A stretch of 64,000 bases of DNA from an uncultured Gammaproteobacteria bacterium (GTDB lineage Bacteria > Patescibacteriota > Patescibacteriia > Magasanikbacterales > UBA922), in NCBI GenBank assembly GCA_964435035.1, contig CAYSXR010000001.1:55259-119258 (forward strand). The letters run 5' to 3'. Position 1 is the stretch's first letter. Every line of letters begins with the position of its first letter. The notes under the pieces are model-generated. The model searched no databases. It worked only from the letters and a program-made list of their open reading frames with translations, and was not told the origin of the DNA. Shown piece by piece: positions 27,332-37,249 of this stretch. The position numbers were made by a program, and so were the translations under genes.

Positions 27332-27420
27332 AAAAGCCTGAAAGGCCGGAAATGCTTGAAATGCCTGAAAGGCTGGGCAGGCTTTTCTATACCCTTTCAG
27401 GCTTTTTTAGCCTTTCCAGC
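27331..27420. terminator. Nested palindromic element: the 15-bp perfect IR aaaaagcctgaaagg...cctttcaggcttttt encloses further gcctgaaaggc mini-hairpins
   Basis: Arms are at 27331-27345 and 27393-27407, with internal 'gcctgaaaggc' repeats. Lies between the convergently or tandemly arranged sugar-transferase and GT genes. Confidence 0.4.
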
Positions 27421-27428
27421 CTTTTAAT

Positions 27429-28535
27429 ATGAAAATCGCCCTCGTACATGATTATTTAGCTCAAGACGGAGGAGCGGAGCGCGTACTCCTCTCTCTCCAT
27501 CGCATGTGGCCCGAAGCCCCTATTTTTACGTTATTTCACCAGAAAGGATCGGTAAGTGGGTTTGATGATGCAGACATCCGTGAATCGTATATTGCGCGCC
27601 TTCCGTGGGGTAGAAAAAAATATCAGTGGTATTTGCCACTCATGCCACAAGCCTTTGAGTCTTTTGATTTTACCGGGTTTGATGTCGTAATTTCCTCAAC
27701 GAGCGCTTTTGCCAAAGGTATTATTACACCTCCTGAAACAGTACATATTTGCTATTGCCATACACCGACCCGATATCTCTGGACTGATACTCAGGAGTAT
27801 ATTGCCGATTTGAAATATCCAAAAGTAATAAAAATATTTCTTCCCCGGTTATTTCACAAACTTCGAGTAGTAGATCAGCTTGCTGCAGGAAGAGTGGATA
27901 CATTTATCGCGAATTCACATACCGTACAAGAACGAATTCTCAAATATTATCGACGTGAAAGTGAAGTAATTTTTCCACCAGTAGATTTGTCGCATACGAC
28001 GATTGCATCTCCGATTGATGATTATTTTGTATCAGGAGGACGATTGGTTCCATACAAGCGATTTGATTTGATTATCGAAGCTTTCAACCGGCTCAAACAC
28101 AAATTGATTATTTTTGGTGATGGTCCAAGCATGAATGAACTGAAAATTCGTGCAAAAGAAAATATTGTGTTTACCGGAAGAATAAGTGAAGAAGAAAAAA
28201 TGAGATTATTATCTCGGGCAAAAGCTTTTATTCATCCTCAGCTTGAAGATCTAGGCATTACCCCGATTGAATCTATGGCAAACGGACGACCAGTGATTGC
28301 CTATGGAGCGGGCGGAGCCCTTGAAACGGTTGTTGATGGAGTGACGGGAGTATTTTTCAATACGCAATCATGGAATGCTTTGTTTGAAGTGGTAGAAAAA
28401 TTTGATCCAGCTGCATGGAACTCTACAGTCATTCGAGCACATGCAGAGAAATTTTCTACCGCAGTATTTGAGGTACGTATGAAAGAGATTGTCGAGCGTA
28501 TACATAGAGAACACGAGGGGAAAATTCCACAATAA
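27429..28535 (+). CDS. Glycosyltransferase family 1 (GT4)
   Basis: MKIALVHDYLAQDGGAERV N-terminus and a GT-B C-terminal region. Confidence 0.6.
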   Translation: MKIALVHDYLAQDGGAERVLLSLHRMWPEAPIFTLFHQKGSVSGFDDADIRESYIARLPWGRKKYQWYLPLMPQAFESFDFTGFDVVISSTSAFAKGIITPPETVHICYCHTPTRYLWTDTQEYIADLKYPKVIKIFLPRLFHKLRVVDQLAAGRVDTFIANSHTVQERILKYYRRESEVIFPPVDLSHTTIASPIDDYFVSGGRLVPYKRFDLIIEAFNRLKHKLIIFGDGPSMNELKIRAKENIVFTGRISEEEKMRLLSRAKAFIHPQLEDLGITPIESMANGRPVIAYGAGGALETVVDGVTGVFFNTQSWNALFEVVEKFDPAAWNSTVIRAHAEKFSTAVFEVRMKEIVERIHREHEGKIPQ

Positions 28536-28536
28536 T

Positions 28537-29664
28537 ATGAAGGTTGCAATCGATATCAGGAATTTGGTCGAGGAAACCTTAACCGGTATTGGTTACTATA
28601 CTCAATCGCTCGTAGGCGAATTGGTAACACATTCTTCAATCGAGTGGTATTTGTTTTATAATCAAGGAAAACGTGCCAAAGAACCAGATGTGTTACAAAA
28701 ATTAGAGAGTCTCCCGCATGTGCATATTATCCGTACCAGATACCCAAATAAACTGTTCAATCTATTACTGTGCTTGGGTCTGGTCTCTCTAGACCGCGTC
28801 GTCTGTTCACGAGCAGGAATAGAGAAATTGGATTGGATTTTTTTCCCGAATTTGGGATTTATTTCAGTTTCAAAAAAAATAAAAGTAATGCTTGCGGTGC
28901 ATGATCTCACGTTTGATCGCTTCAAACAGTATTACTCACTCAAACGTTTGTGGTGGCATTTATTTCTGCAACCAGGACGCCTCATTGCACGTGCTAATAC
29001 GATTATTACTCCCTCACGAAGTACCAAGGAAGATTTGGCAGTGCTTTATTCTATCGAACATGCACGAGTGCGAGTAGTGCCACATGGAGGTTTGGTGGAG
29101 GGAGTAGAAATGTCTGGAAAAGAATCTTCATCTGAATCATCAAAGCCTTATTTTTTGGCACTTGCAACTATTGAGCCTCGGAAAAATTTCGAAGGAATTA
29201 TTGCTGCGTACAAAGAAAGTGGTCTGCATGCGCAGGGGGTAGAGCTTGTAATCTGTGGAGCATTGGGGTGGAGATATCGGGAGAGTGTACAAAAATTTAA
29301 CACTACTCCGGGAGTGGTGTTTCGGGGGTATGTGAGCCATGCAGAGAAAAAGAAACTACTGTCTGGTGCTCTAGCGCTGGTGTATCCTAGTTATTATGAA
29401 GGATTTGGACTTCCGATTCTCGAAGCCTTTGGGTATGGAGTACCCGTCATTACGTCAGATCGGTCATCGCTTCTCGAAGTATGCGATGGTGCTGCGTATC
29501 TCGTCCGCCCCCATATTACCTCAGACATAACGCATGCGATGAGAGATTTGGCGCACAGTCCTGCACTTCGAGAATGGTATGCCGCGAAAGGTAGAGAACG
29601 TGCCGGAAAATTTTCATGGGGTGTTGCATCTGACACGGTGCTCAAATTATTACACAATTTTTAG
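28537..29664 (+). CDS. Glycosyltransferase family 1 (GT4)
   Basis: YYEGFGLPILEAFGYGVPVITSD matches the GT1 signature. The ATG at 28537 follows the upstream stop. Confidence 0.6.
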   Translation: MKVAIDIRNLVEETLTGIGYYTQSLVGELVTHSSIEWYLFYNQGKRAKEPDVLQKLESLPHVHIIRTRYPNKLFNLLLCLGLVSLDRVVCSRAGIEKLDWIFFPNLGFISVSKKIKVMLAVHDLTFDRFKQYYSLKRLWWHLFLQPGRLIARANTIITPSRSTKEDLAVLYSIEHARVRVVPHGGLVEGVEMSGKESSSESSKPYFLALATIEPRKNFEGIIAAYKESGLHAQGVELVICGALGWRYRESVQKFNTTPGVVFRGYVSHAEKKKLLSGALALVYPSYYEGFGLPILEAFGYGVPVITSDRSSLLEVCDGAAYLVRPHITSDITHAMRDLAHSPALREWYAAKGRERAGKFSWGVASDTVLKLLHNF

Positions 29665-29665
29665 T

Positions 29666-30889
29666 ATGAAAAAAATTGCAATTGATGCCCGAATGTATGG
29701 AAAAGGATTTGGGCTTGCTCGATATGTAGAATCTCTGGTGCATGGACTTCAATCCGCCCAAGGCGGACGAGGGCATTATTCCCATCAGCTCGCTCTGAAA
29801 ACCTCCTATGGCGACACACCGTCCGTTTACGGCGGGGAAATTCATAAAACCGAGTCCGAATTTTCATATACTCTCTATCTAAAGCCTGAAGAAGTAAAGA
29901 ACTATCGGAATAACGGTGGACGATTCGAGGTAATCGAAGCGCCGTTTCATTGGTATGGATGGGAAGAACAAACGTCATTTCTATCACTGCTAAATAAGGG
30001 TAGTCATGATCTCGTACATTTTCCTCATTGGAATGTACCGATTGGATATAGACGTCCCTATATTGTGACGATTCACGATCTGATTATGTTTCATTTTCCA
30101 AGGTACGAAGCAACGACGAGGAGTGCTCCTGTGTTTTGGCTCAAAGACAAAGTACATCGTTTTGTCGTAAAACATGCCGCGCATCGTGCGGTAGAAATTA
30201 TGACGACCAGCGAATTTACCAAGAGAGATATCGTGGAACATATACCTGTTCGCGAAGAAAAAATTTCAGTCACGTATCAGGCACCGTATCATGACACCAA
30301 AAGTGTTCAGGACTGGAAAATAGTACAGTCGAAATTACAGATGGAAAAACCATATGTATTGTATGTGGGTGCTGCCTATCCGCACAAAAATTTGAAACGA
30401 CTGATTGAAGCATGGGGAATGATTGCGTCGAATGTTCCAGATCATGAGCTCGTATTGGTTGGAACAAAAAGCGTATGGTATGAAAAATTAGAAGCGCATA
30501 TTCAGGACCTACAAATTCCTCGCATTCGACTACTTGGATTTGTAGAAGACCACGATTTAACCGAGCTCTATCGTCATGCAGCGGTGGTGGTTTTCCCTAG
30601 TCTTTACGAGGGATTTGGGCTCCCAGCTCTCGAAGCTATGAGTATGGGGGCACCCGTACTGGCTTCCTGCACGAGTTCTCTTCCTGAAGTATTGGGAGAA
30701 GCTGCATATTATATCGATCCCCTGGATGCAAGTCAGATTGCATACGGGCTGGAGCGCGTGTTACTAGACCATGATATGCAGATTGAGTTGAAGGCCAAAG
30801 GTAGGGAACAAGTACAGCTTTTTTCACCTTTAGTGTTCATCAAAAAAACGCTCAGTGTATACGAGAAAGCATTTCAAAATAAATCGTAG
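29666..30889 (+). CDS. Glycosyltransferase family 1 (GT4)
   Basis: LYEGFGLPALEAMSMGAPVLAS matches the GT1 signature. The ATG is at 29666. Confidence 0.6.
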   Translation: MKKIAIDARMYGKGFGLARYVESLVHGLQSAQGGRGHYSHQLALKTSYGDTPSVYGGEIHKTESEFSYTLYLKPEEVKNYRNNGGRFEVIEAPFHWYGWEEQTSFLSLLNKGSHDLVHFPHWNVPIGYRRPYIVTIHDLIMFHFPRYEATTRSAPVFWLKDKVHRFVVKHAAHRAVEIMTTSEFTKRDIVEHIPVREEKISVTYQAPYHDTKSVQDWKIVQSKLQMEKPYVLYVGAAYPHKNLKRLIEAWGMIASNVPDHELVLVGTKSVWYEKLEAHIQDLQIPRIRLLGFVEDHDLTELYRHAAVVVFPSLYEGFGLPALEAMSMGAPVLASCTSSLPEVLGEAAYYIDPLDASQIAYGLERVLLDHDMQIELKAKGREQVQLFSPLVFIKKTLSVYEKAFQNKS

Positions 30890-30983
30890 ACACTTGTACA
30901 CAACAAGTATTCAAAAAGCGGCGTAAATCATAGCTACAGAGAGAGAAAATATGCTATACTCCGTACATGCTTGATGTGTTCCC

Positions 30984-33653
30984 ATGCCGCAACAAAAATA
31001 TACTTCATCAAATAAAAAACGCGCACCTCTTCGTCGTTGTGCTACATGCGACAAGATAGGACATAATGCGCGTACCTGTATCGAAAATGGAGTGAAACAA
31101 TCAACTCCTATTTCTGCTACCCCGATTACAGTTATCAAGACTGCACCTGTTGAAATATCAAAAATAGTTACCAAAAAAGGTAAAAAATCATCACGATCAA
31201 TTCCAGTGAATGTGATTCCAGGGGCACCACCAGTATCACCACATGTCGTATCACTTAAAAATGAAGCATTGGAGAGTGCGTGGAAAAATCTCGAGGTGTA
31301 TAGTCCTCGCGTAACCAAAAAATCCATACGTCAAGCAATAGATGTGGCAGAATTGGTGCGCCAGGCAAATCACCCTCGCACCAAAGAAAAAAATAATGGA
31401 GCACTAGAAACACTCAAAAAACCCGCAATCGATATTCTCAAAGAAATTGCACGACTCGAAGGAGTGAGAGATGTGGAAATTACAATTACTCCTCGGATTG
31501 GAGCAACGGTGCCTCAAGCAAGTATAGAATTGCCTGAAAAGTCGGCAGCATTCATTGTTCCATCAGAAAAGCCTCGTTCTTTGATTCTCTCTTTTAGAGA
31601 GCAGGTGATACAAAAAAAAGACAAGATAAAACAATCATTTCATATAAAAAAATTTGTAATCTCACTGCTTGTCTTGGTAACTGTTGCAGCAGCTCCATTT
31701 CAGGCACTGGGGTATTATCGTGATGTTGAAAAAAATACCAAGGATATTATTGCTGAGAGCACGAATGCATTTCTATCACTACAAGCTTCGACTGTTGCAG
31801 CATTCAACCAAAATTTACCTCAGGCTGAATCAGACTTAAACAGTGCTCTCAATTCATTTGGTACAGCGCGAACCATGGTAGATAAGGAATATAAAGCGTT
31901 GGTATATGTACTAGACTTATTGCCTGTGATTGGTACAAAAATCAAAAGCAGGCAAGAATTATTAGAGGCAGGACATTATTTGGCGATGGGTAATGCATAT
32001 CTCATTAAGGGTATTAATGAAGTGAGTGTGGCAACAGATGCCACAAACATTGATCGGTTGAAAACACTTCGGGTACATATACGAGGAGCAATCCCTCAAT
32101 ATACCGAAGCATTGGAGCGTTTGGATAAAGTAGAACCAACCTCTCTTCCTCCTGAATACCAAGAATCATTTGGTGAATTTCGAGAATTATTCCATACACT
32201 CATTGGAGATATTCAAAATGTGTCGGATGTAATCTCGGGTTTGGAACTTATGCTCGGGAGTGATGGTTTCAAGCGATATTTGGTGGTATTCCAAAATCAA
32301 TATGAGCTTCGTCCAACAGGTGGATTCATTGGAAGTTTTGGGGTGATTGATGTGCAAAATGGAAACATATTGAACATCGATATCCCAGGTGGTGGAAGCT
32401 ACGATTTGCAGGGACAATTGAGTGCACATGTATTGCCACCAGTACCACTGCAGCCTATTAATAAACGATGGGAATTCCAAGATGGTAATTGGTTCCCAGA
32501 TTTTAAGGCTACGGGGGAAAAATTGGCGTGGTTTTATCAGAAAAGTAGAAATACTACCGTTGACGGAGTTATTGCGGTCAATGCAAGTGTGCTTGAGCGG
32601 CTCGTGCATATTATTGGGCCCATTCAAAATGAACAATATGATCTCATGCTCACGAGTGATTCAGCAATCAAAGATTTGAGCTATGAGATTCAATCCTACG
32701 AGAATACTGATGGTACAAATAAACCAAAAGCAGTACTCTCAATTTTGTTTGAACAAATTACTGAAGTAATGAAGACAATACAACCTGAACAATTGATTTC
32801 ATTGGTTACCGAACTTTCAGACGCATTAAGTGAACGTGAAATTCAAGCATATTTTGCAGACAATCGTGTACAATCATTTGCTCGTTCGTATGGATGGAGT
32901 GGAGAAATAATTCAGAGTGAAGAAAATCAGGATTATTTGATGGTAGTGAATGCAAATATCGGAGGAGGAAAGAGTGATGTGAACATGATACAAACCGTAG
33001 AACATCAGGCAGTAGTTGAAAGCGATGGTTCAATCGTAGATACAGTAGTGGTTACTCGGAAACATGAGGGGCATGATGAGGCTACCTTATTTGGGCAGCC
33101 TAATAGTAGTTATATTCGTATCTATGTGCCAGCAGGAGCAGAATTATTAGACGCAGGCGGATTTATATATCCAGATGAATCGTCATTTCATGTGGCACCC
33201 GACTGGTATGAGAAAGACTCAGATCTGTTCCGGTACGAAGTTGAAGAAGGAATACATCGAGGCTCAGGTACAAGAATTGTAAAGGAATTTGGCAAAACAT
33301 CATTTGGAAATTGGGTTGTGACATATCCGAATGCTGAGACCAAAGTATATTTTACCTATCGGCTGCCATTCTCTGCATTTAATAGTAAAAGAGATTCAGT
33401 TGAGGGCGAAGGAATCTTAAAAGAATATATATCCAAATTATCTCAATCAGCACGCGGTACATCCAAATATAGTATGGTGATACAGAAACAGTCGGGTATT
33501 AATAGTGAGTATACAAGTACGGTTATATATCCGGATCACTGGCGCCCAGTGTGGAAGACGAGTGATAAAATCCAGCTTTCACTCAATGGAGCCTCAACTC
33601 ATGGTATACTAGAAGAGGACGAGGTATTCGGAATTGTGATGAAGCAAGAATAA
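30984..33653 (+). CDS. Large (889 aa) single-pass membrane protein with an N-terminal CX2CX4HX4C zinc-knuckle-like motif and a large extracytoplasmic domain. Function unknown
   Basis: CATCDKIGHNARTC at residues 20-33, a TM segment around residue 225, and a position inside the polysaccharide gene cluster. Confidence 0.4.
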   Translation: MPQQKYTSSNKKRAPLRRCATCDKIGHNARTCIENGVKQSTPISATPITVIKTAPVEISKIVTKKGKKSSRSIPVNVIPGAPPVSPHVVSLKNEALESAWKNLEVYSPRVTKKSIRQAIDVAELVRQANHPRTKEKNNGALETLKKPAIDILKEIARLEGVRDVEITITPRIGATVPQASIELPEKSAAFIVPSEKPRSLILSFREQVIQKKDKIKQSFHIKKFVISLLVLVTVAAAPFQALGYYRDVEKNTKDIIAESTNAFLSLQASTVAAFNQNLPQAESDLNSALNSFGTARTMVDKEYKALVYVLDLLPVIGTKIKSRQELLEAGHYLAMGNAYLIKGINEVSVATDATNIDRLKTLRVHIRGAIPQYTEALERLDKVEPTSLPPEYQESFGEFRELFHTLIGDIQNVSDVISGLELMLGSDGFKRYLVVFQNQYELRPTGGFIGSFGVIDVQNGNILNIDIPGGGSYDLQGQLSAHVLPPVPLQPINKRWEFQDGNWFPDFKATGEKLAWFYQKSRNTTVDGVIAVNASVLERLVHIIGPIQNEQYDLMLTSDSAIKDLSYEIQSYENTDGTNKPKAVLSILFEQITEVMKTIQPEQLISLVTELSDALSEREIQAYFADNRVQSFARSYGWSGEIIQSEENQDYLMVVNANIGGGKSDVNMIQTVEHQAVVESDGSIVDTVVVTRKHEGHDEATLFGQPNSSYIRIYVPAGAELLDAGGFIYPDESSFHVAPDWYEKDSDLFRYEVEEGIHRGSGTRIVKEFGKTSFGNWVVTYPNAETKVYFTYRLPFSAFNSKRDSVEGEGILKEYISKLSQSARGTSKYSMVIQKQSGINSEYTSTVIYPDHWRPVWKTSDKIQLSLNGASTHGILEEDEVFGIVMKQE

Positions 33654-33665
33654 TTTTTTTATCTT

Positions 33666-35756
33666 ATGGCACACGAAAAAAATCCAAAAGATATTGAGGA
33701 TGTAGAAGAACTTGAACGCGAATGGAATGATGATACTCCTGCCCATGAAGATAAGGATACTCTTAAGATTGAAGAGTCTAAACATGGTGAATTTATAGAG
33801 CATAATTTGGAAACAGGGGAAAAAATAGAAATAAAGTCCGCCTTGGGTGGAAAGAAAAATGGAAAACATATGGTGAAACATGAAAAAAAGAAAAAACATA
33901 CGCATAGACATGCAACAGTATCTGAAGTTGATGAAGATGTTGTTGATGATGAGATAATGACGATTCCGACAGAAGATAGTGGAAGTCGTGGAAAAGTGAT
34001 TGCAGATCAACTTTCCCAGATCTATGAAAATAGTGATGGATCCATGCCAGACATGAAAACATTTGAAAGTAGAAAAACGAGTAGATTTGTTCGTGCATTA
34101 ATGATTTTTTTGATTTCGTGCTTATTTTTTGGAGCATCTGCATGGGTAGGACTTTTTATACTCCAGCCAAAATCACAGTTTTCTGAAACCGATGTGACAC
34201 TAGAAATTTCTGGAGAAGATCGTGTGCTTGCGGGAAGTGAAGTGACCTACCGGATACGATATCGAAATGCTCAGAGTGTTTTGCTTCGTGATGTAGTACT
34301 TGAAGCACGTTTTCCTGGAGGATTTAGAATTACTACGACCACGAGAGCTGGAGATGATGATTCAAATGCCAAGTGGACTTTAGGCACCCTTGATCCAGGG
34401 AGCGGAGGTTATATTGATATAACAGGGAGATTTTTCGGTGATAGTGGTAGAGAACAATCAATTCGAAGTTTTTTATCGTATAAGCCAGATAATTTTACCT
34501 CCACTTTCCAGGCAGTAACCACCAAAACGATTCAAGCAAAATCAGATGCTACAACGCTCGAAATTGGTATGGCAGACAGTGTTCCTCGTGGTGGAAAAAC
34601 TCCGATCACGATTACCATCACACCTGCTCCAGATGTGTTACTTCAGCATGTGCAGCTTAGTTGTATTCCAATTGAATTTACTCCTGATATCAAGAGTACG
34701 CCTGCGTCAGTCGAAGGTTCTCCTTGTTCTTGGGTTTTTGATACGATACGCGAAAAAACAGTGATTGAGCTTTCAGGTATGTTTTCAAGCCCCTCATCCT
34801 CAAGTGATTTTGTGATTGAGCTTCGTGGATGGGAGAATGAAGATCAGATTGGGGAAGGGTATATATTAGGGAGTGTACAAAAGAGTGTAATATTGACTGA
34901 GTCAACAACGAATGTGAGTCTGGTGATTAATGGTGGAGCGGGAGATACTACTATTTCTCCCGGAGAAACAATGTCTGCTAGTATTGTGGTACAAAACAAA
35001 GGAGAAACATCGTTAACAGACGTGGTAATCGAAGCGGTGATTGACGGTCCATCATACAGTAGCCGTAGTATTCTCGGATGGCAAGATTTGGTACTTACAG
35101 GAGATGCTGATGTGGGTGGTGAACAACTCGCTCCTGATACTCGTCGAGGAAAAATCACCTGGAATAAACAATATGTTCCAGAACTCGCATCAATTGCTCC
35201 GGGAGAACAAGTTCGTGTTGATGTTTCAATTCCAATTCGCTCGGGAGACCAGATTACTCTTGGTAATTTTACTACCAATAATATTGTATTTGCATCGAGC
35301 TTCACTCATGGAAAAAAAGATGAACGCAAAACAATTTCTTCAAATCAAATTAATCTAACTCTTGTATCTGATTTTGCACTTAAAACAGAGTATGATTTTA
35401 CTTCTAGTAGTGGTTTGGCTGGAACGTATGATATCTCATGGAGGCTCACCAATTCTTTCCATGATTTGAAGAATATTAAATTAGAAATGGATTTGTATGG
35501 CGACGTAGAAGTTGATCCAAGTAAATTTACGGTCGCTGCAGGTGAGATGAAATATGATGCAACAAACAAGCGTATTACGTGGACTATACCTGAAATGCCA
35601 ACTAGTGTTGATATTCTTTCGGCAGAATTTCCAGTAATTTTAAAAGCAGACAATCCGACACAAAAAGATCTCGCATCAAAGGTGCGCATGAGTGCAGATG
35701 ATCAGACTACGAATGTAACCATAAAGAAAGTGGGGGACGGGATTCAACTTCGTTAG
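33666..35756 (+). CDS. Cell-surface protein with DUF11/CARDB-like repeat domains, acidic N-terminus and one TM
   Basis: Repeated 'SPGETMSASIVVQNKGETSLTDVVIEA' and 'LAGSEVTYRIRYRNAQSVLLRDVVLEARFPGGF' type beta-sandwich repeat patterns. Confidence 0.45.
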   Translation: MAHEKNPKDIEDVEELEREWNDDTPAHEDKDTLKIEESKHGEFIEHNLETGEKIEIKSALGGKKNGKHMVKHEKKKKHTHRHATVSEVDEDVVDDEIMTIPTEDSGSRGKVIADQLSQIYENSDGSMPDMKTFESRKTSRFVRALMIFLISCLFFGASAWVGLFILQPKSQFSETDVTLEISGEDRVLAGSEVTYRIRYRNAQSVLLRDVVLEARFPGGFRITTTTRAGDDDSNAKWTLGTLDPGSGGYIDITGRFFGDSGREQSIRSFLSYKPDNFTSTFQAVTTKTIQAKSDATTLEIGMADSVPRGGKTPITITITPAPDVLLQHVQLSCIPIEFTPDIKSTPASVEGSPCSWVFDTIREKTVIELSGMFSSPSSSSDFVIELRGWENEDQIGEGYILGSVQKSVILTESTTNVSLVINGGAGDTTISPGETMSASIVVQNKGETSLTDVVIEAVIDGPSYSSRSILGWQDLVLTGDADVGGEQLAPDTRRGKITWNKQYVPELASIAPGEQVRVDVSIPIRSGDQITLGNFTTNNIVFASSFTHGKKDERKTISSNQINLTLVSDFALKTEYDFTSSSGLAGTYDISWRLTNSFHDLKNIKLEMDLYGDVEVDPSKFTVAAGEMKYDATNKRITWTIPEMPTSVDILSAEFPVILKADNPTQKDLASKVRMSADDQTTNVTIKKVGDGIQLR

Positions 35757-35904
35757 TTTATTAGTGATCAGACAATAAAATTATTCTAATTGACCTAATT
35801 GTTCTAAAAAGATACAAGTAACAAACAATTATCAATTAACAAAAATCAATTTTCTATTTCGAATTTTCAGTTTAAATCTGTTTTAATCTGTCTAAATCAA
35901 TGTT

Positions 35905-36123
35905 ATGATTAAACTTGGAAAATATAGACACTACAAAGGTCATGTATGTAATGTGATTGGTGTTGCAAAGCATAGTGAAAATCCTGAAGAGGAATTGGTA
36001 GTCTATTCCCATCCAAATGAAAAAGGGGAAGATCAGTTGTGGGTACGACCAAAGAGTATGTTTGAAAGTGATCTAGAAGTTGAGGGAAAGACAATGAAAA
36101 GATTTGAGTATGTAGGAGAGTAA
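35905..36123 (+). CDS. DUF1653-family small protein
   Basis: MIKLGKYRHYKGHV...VIGVAKHSENPEEELVVYSH...LWVRPKSMF matches the family consensus. Confidence 0.5.
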   Translation: MIKLGKYRHYKGHVCNVIGVAKHSENPEEELVVYSHPNEKGEDQLWVRPKSMFESDLEVEGKTMKRFEYVGE

Positions 36124-36178
36124 ATATTACGAAATAAAAAAACAGCCTTGCTATACTCAAGACTGTTTTTTTGTATAG

Positions 36179-36250
36179 TGCCTCCAGAGGGAATCGAACC
36201 CCCATCAACGGTTCCGAAGACCGTAGTTTTATCCATTAAACTATAGAGGC
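36179..36250 (-). tRNA. tRNA-Arg (anticodon TCG)
   Basis: Reverse complement is GCCTCTATAGTTTAATGGATAAAACTACGGTCTTCGGAACCGTTGATGGGGGTTCGATTCCCTCTGGAGGCA, with anticodon loop CTTCGGA. Confidence 0.8.
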
Positions 36251-36254
36251 AATT

Positions 36255-36326
36255 AAGAAAGTTCAAAATTTAAATTTCAAAGGTCAAATTATATTTGAAA
36301 TTGTCATTTAAATTTTGAACTTTCTT
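36255..36326. repeat. Perfect 21-bp inverted repeat (aagaaagttcaaaatttaaat / atttaaattttgaactttctt) with an inner palindromic loop, filling the whole tRNA-Arg/tRNA-Lys spacer
   Basis: Arms at 36255-36275 and 36306-36326. The right arm abuts the encoded CCA of tRNA-Lys. Confidence 0.6.
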
Positions 36327-36402
36327 TGGTGGGTTGCCTGGGGATCGAACCCAGGACCTTGGGCTTAAGAGGCCCCTGCTCTACCAACTGAGCTAGCAAC
36401 CC
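36327..36402 (-). tRNA. tRNA-Lys (anticodon CTT), CCA encoded
   Basis: Reverse complement is GGGTTGCTAGCTCAGTTGGTAGAGCAGGGGCCTCTTAAGCCCAAGGTCCTGGGTTCGATCCCCAGGCAACCCACCA. Confidence 0.85.
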
Positions 36403-36487
36403 ATGAGGGAATAATGACTCACGAATAAACGTGAGCGTGAGTATATACCAAGTGGTATGTAAAATCAAGAGGGTGGGTATCAGAATC

Positions 36488-37249
36488 TTATCCAATAGGA
36501 TCATCACTTTTTCGAGGTGTCACCTGTATTTTGGGTCCTTTCCATGCTTTTACCTTCAGAGCTGCTTCAGCTGCGGCAGTTTGTGCTTCTTGTTTGCTGG
36601 TTCCAAAGCCTTCGGCAACTTTTTCTTTATTAAGAAATATACCAACCACAAAGTTTTTTGCATGATCAGGACCATCTTCGCTCATTACTTTGTAGGTTGG
36701 TGTAATGCCAGTTATTTCTTGTGCTGCTTCTTGAAAGCGTGATTTTGCATCCATCCAAAGTCCTTGTTCAAGAACTTCAGGAAGTTTGGTAATAATAAAA
36801 CGAGTAACAAATTGTTCGGCCATTTCCCAACCACGATCAAGATATATTGAGCCGATTACTGCTTCCAGTGCATTCGCAAGAATATAGTCGCGTGCTTTTA
36901 CATTTACATCCTTTGATTCACCGTGGCTCAAAAACAAAAATTGTTCGAGATTAAGTTCTCTTGCGACTCGTGCGCACATGGTGCCGTTTACGAGTGCTGC
37001 TCGCCAGTTGGTAAGCTCTCCTTCAGGGTTGAGATAGTTTTCAAATAAAAATTCAGTGACTGCAAGTTCGAGAATTGCGTCACCAAGAAATTCGAGTCGT
37101 TCGTTATGTCCGAGAGGGAAATCACGATTTTCATTGAGGTATGATCGGTGAACGAATGCTTGTACTAAGAGTTTTTTGTCATTAAAAACAACTCCGATAA
37201 CATCTTCAATTTGGTGGAATTCTTTTTCTTCGTATACAGCGAGAGACAT
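36488..37249 (-). CDS. rnc: Ribonuclease III
   Basis: HNERLEFLGDAILELAV signature and a C-terminal dsRBD (...GFGTSKQEAQTAAAEAAL). Confidence 0.8.
   Translation of the reverse strand: MSLAVYEEKEFHQIEDVIGVVFNDKKLLVQAFVHRSYLNENRDFPLGHNERLEFLGDAILELAVTEFLFENYLNPEGELTNWRAALVNGTMCARVARELNLEQFLFLSHGESKDVNVKARDYILANALEAVIGSIYLDRGWEMAEQFVTRFIITKLPEVLEQGLWMDAKSRFQEAAQEITGITPTYKVMSEDGPDHAKNFVVGIFLNKEKVAEGFGTSKQEAQTAAAEAALKVKAWKGPKIQVTPRKSDDPIG

Noticed and set aside
36304-36507. 67-aa ORF on the minus strand
   Set aside because: It overlaps tRNA-Lys and the rnc 3' end, so it is spurious.
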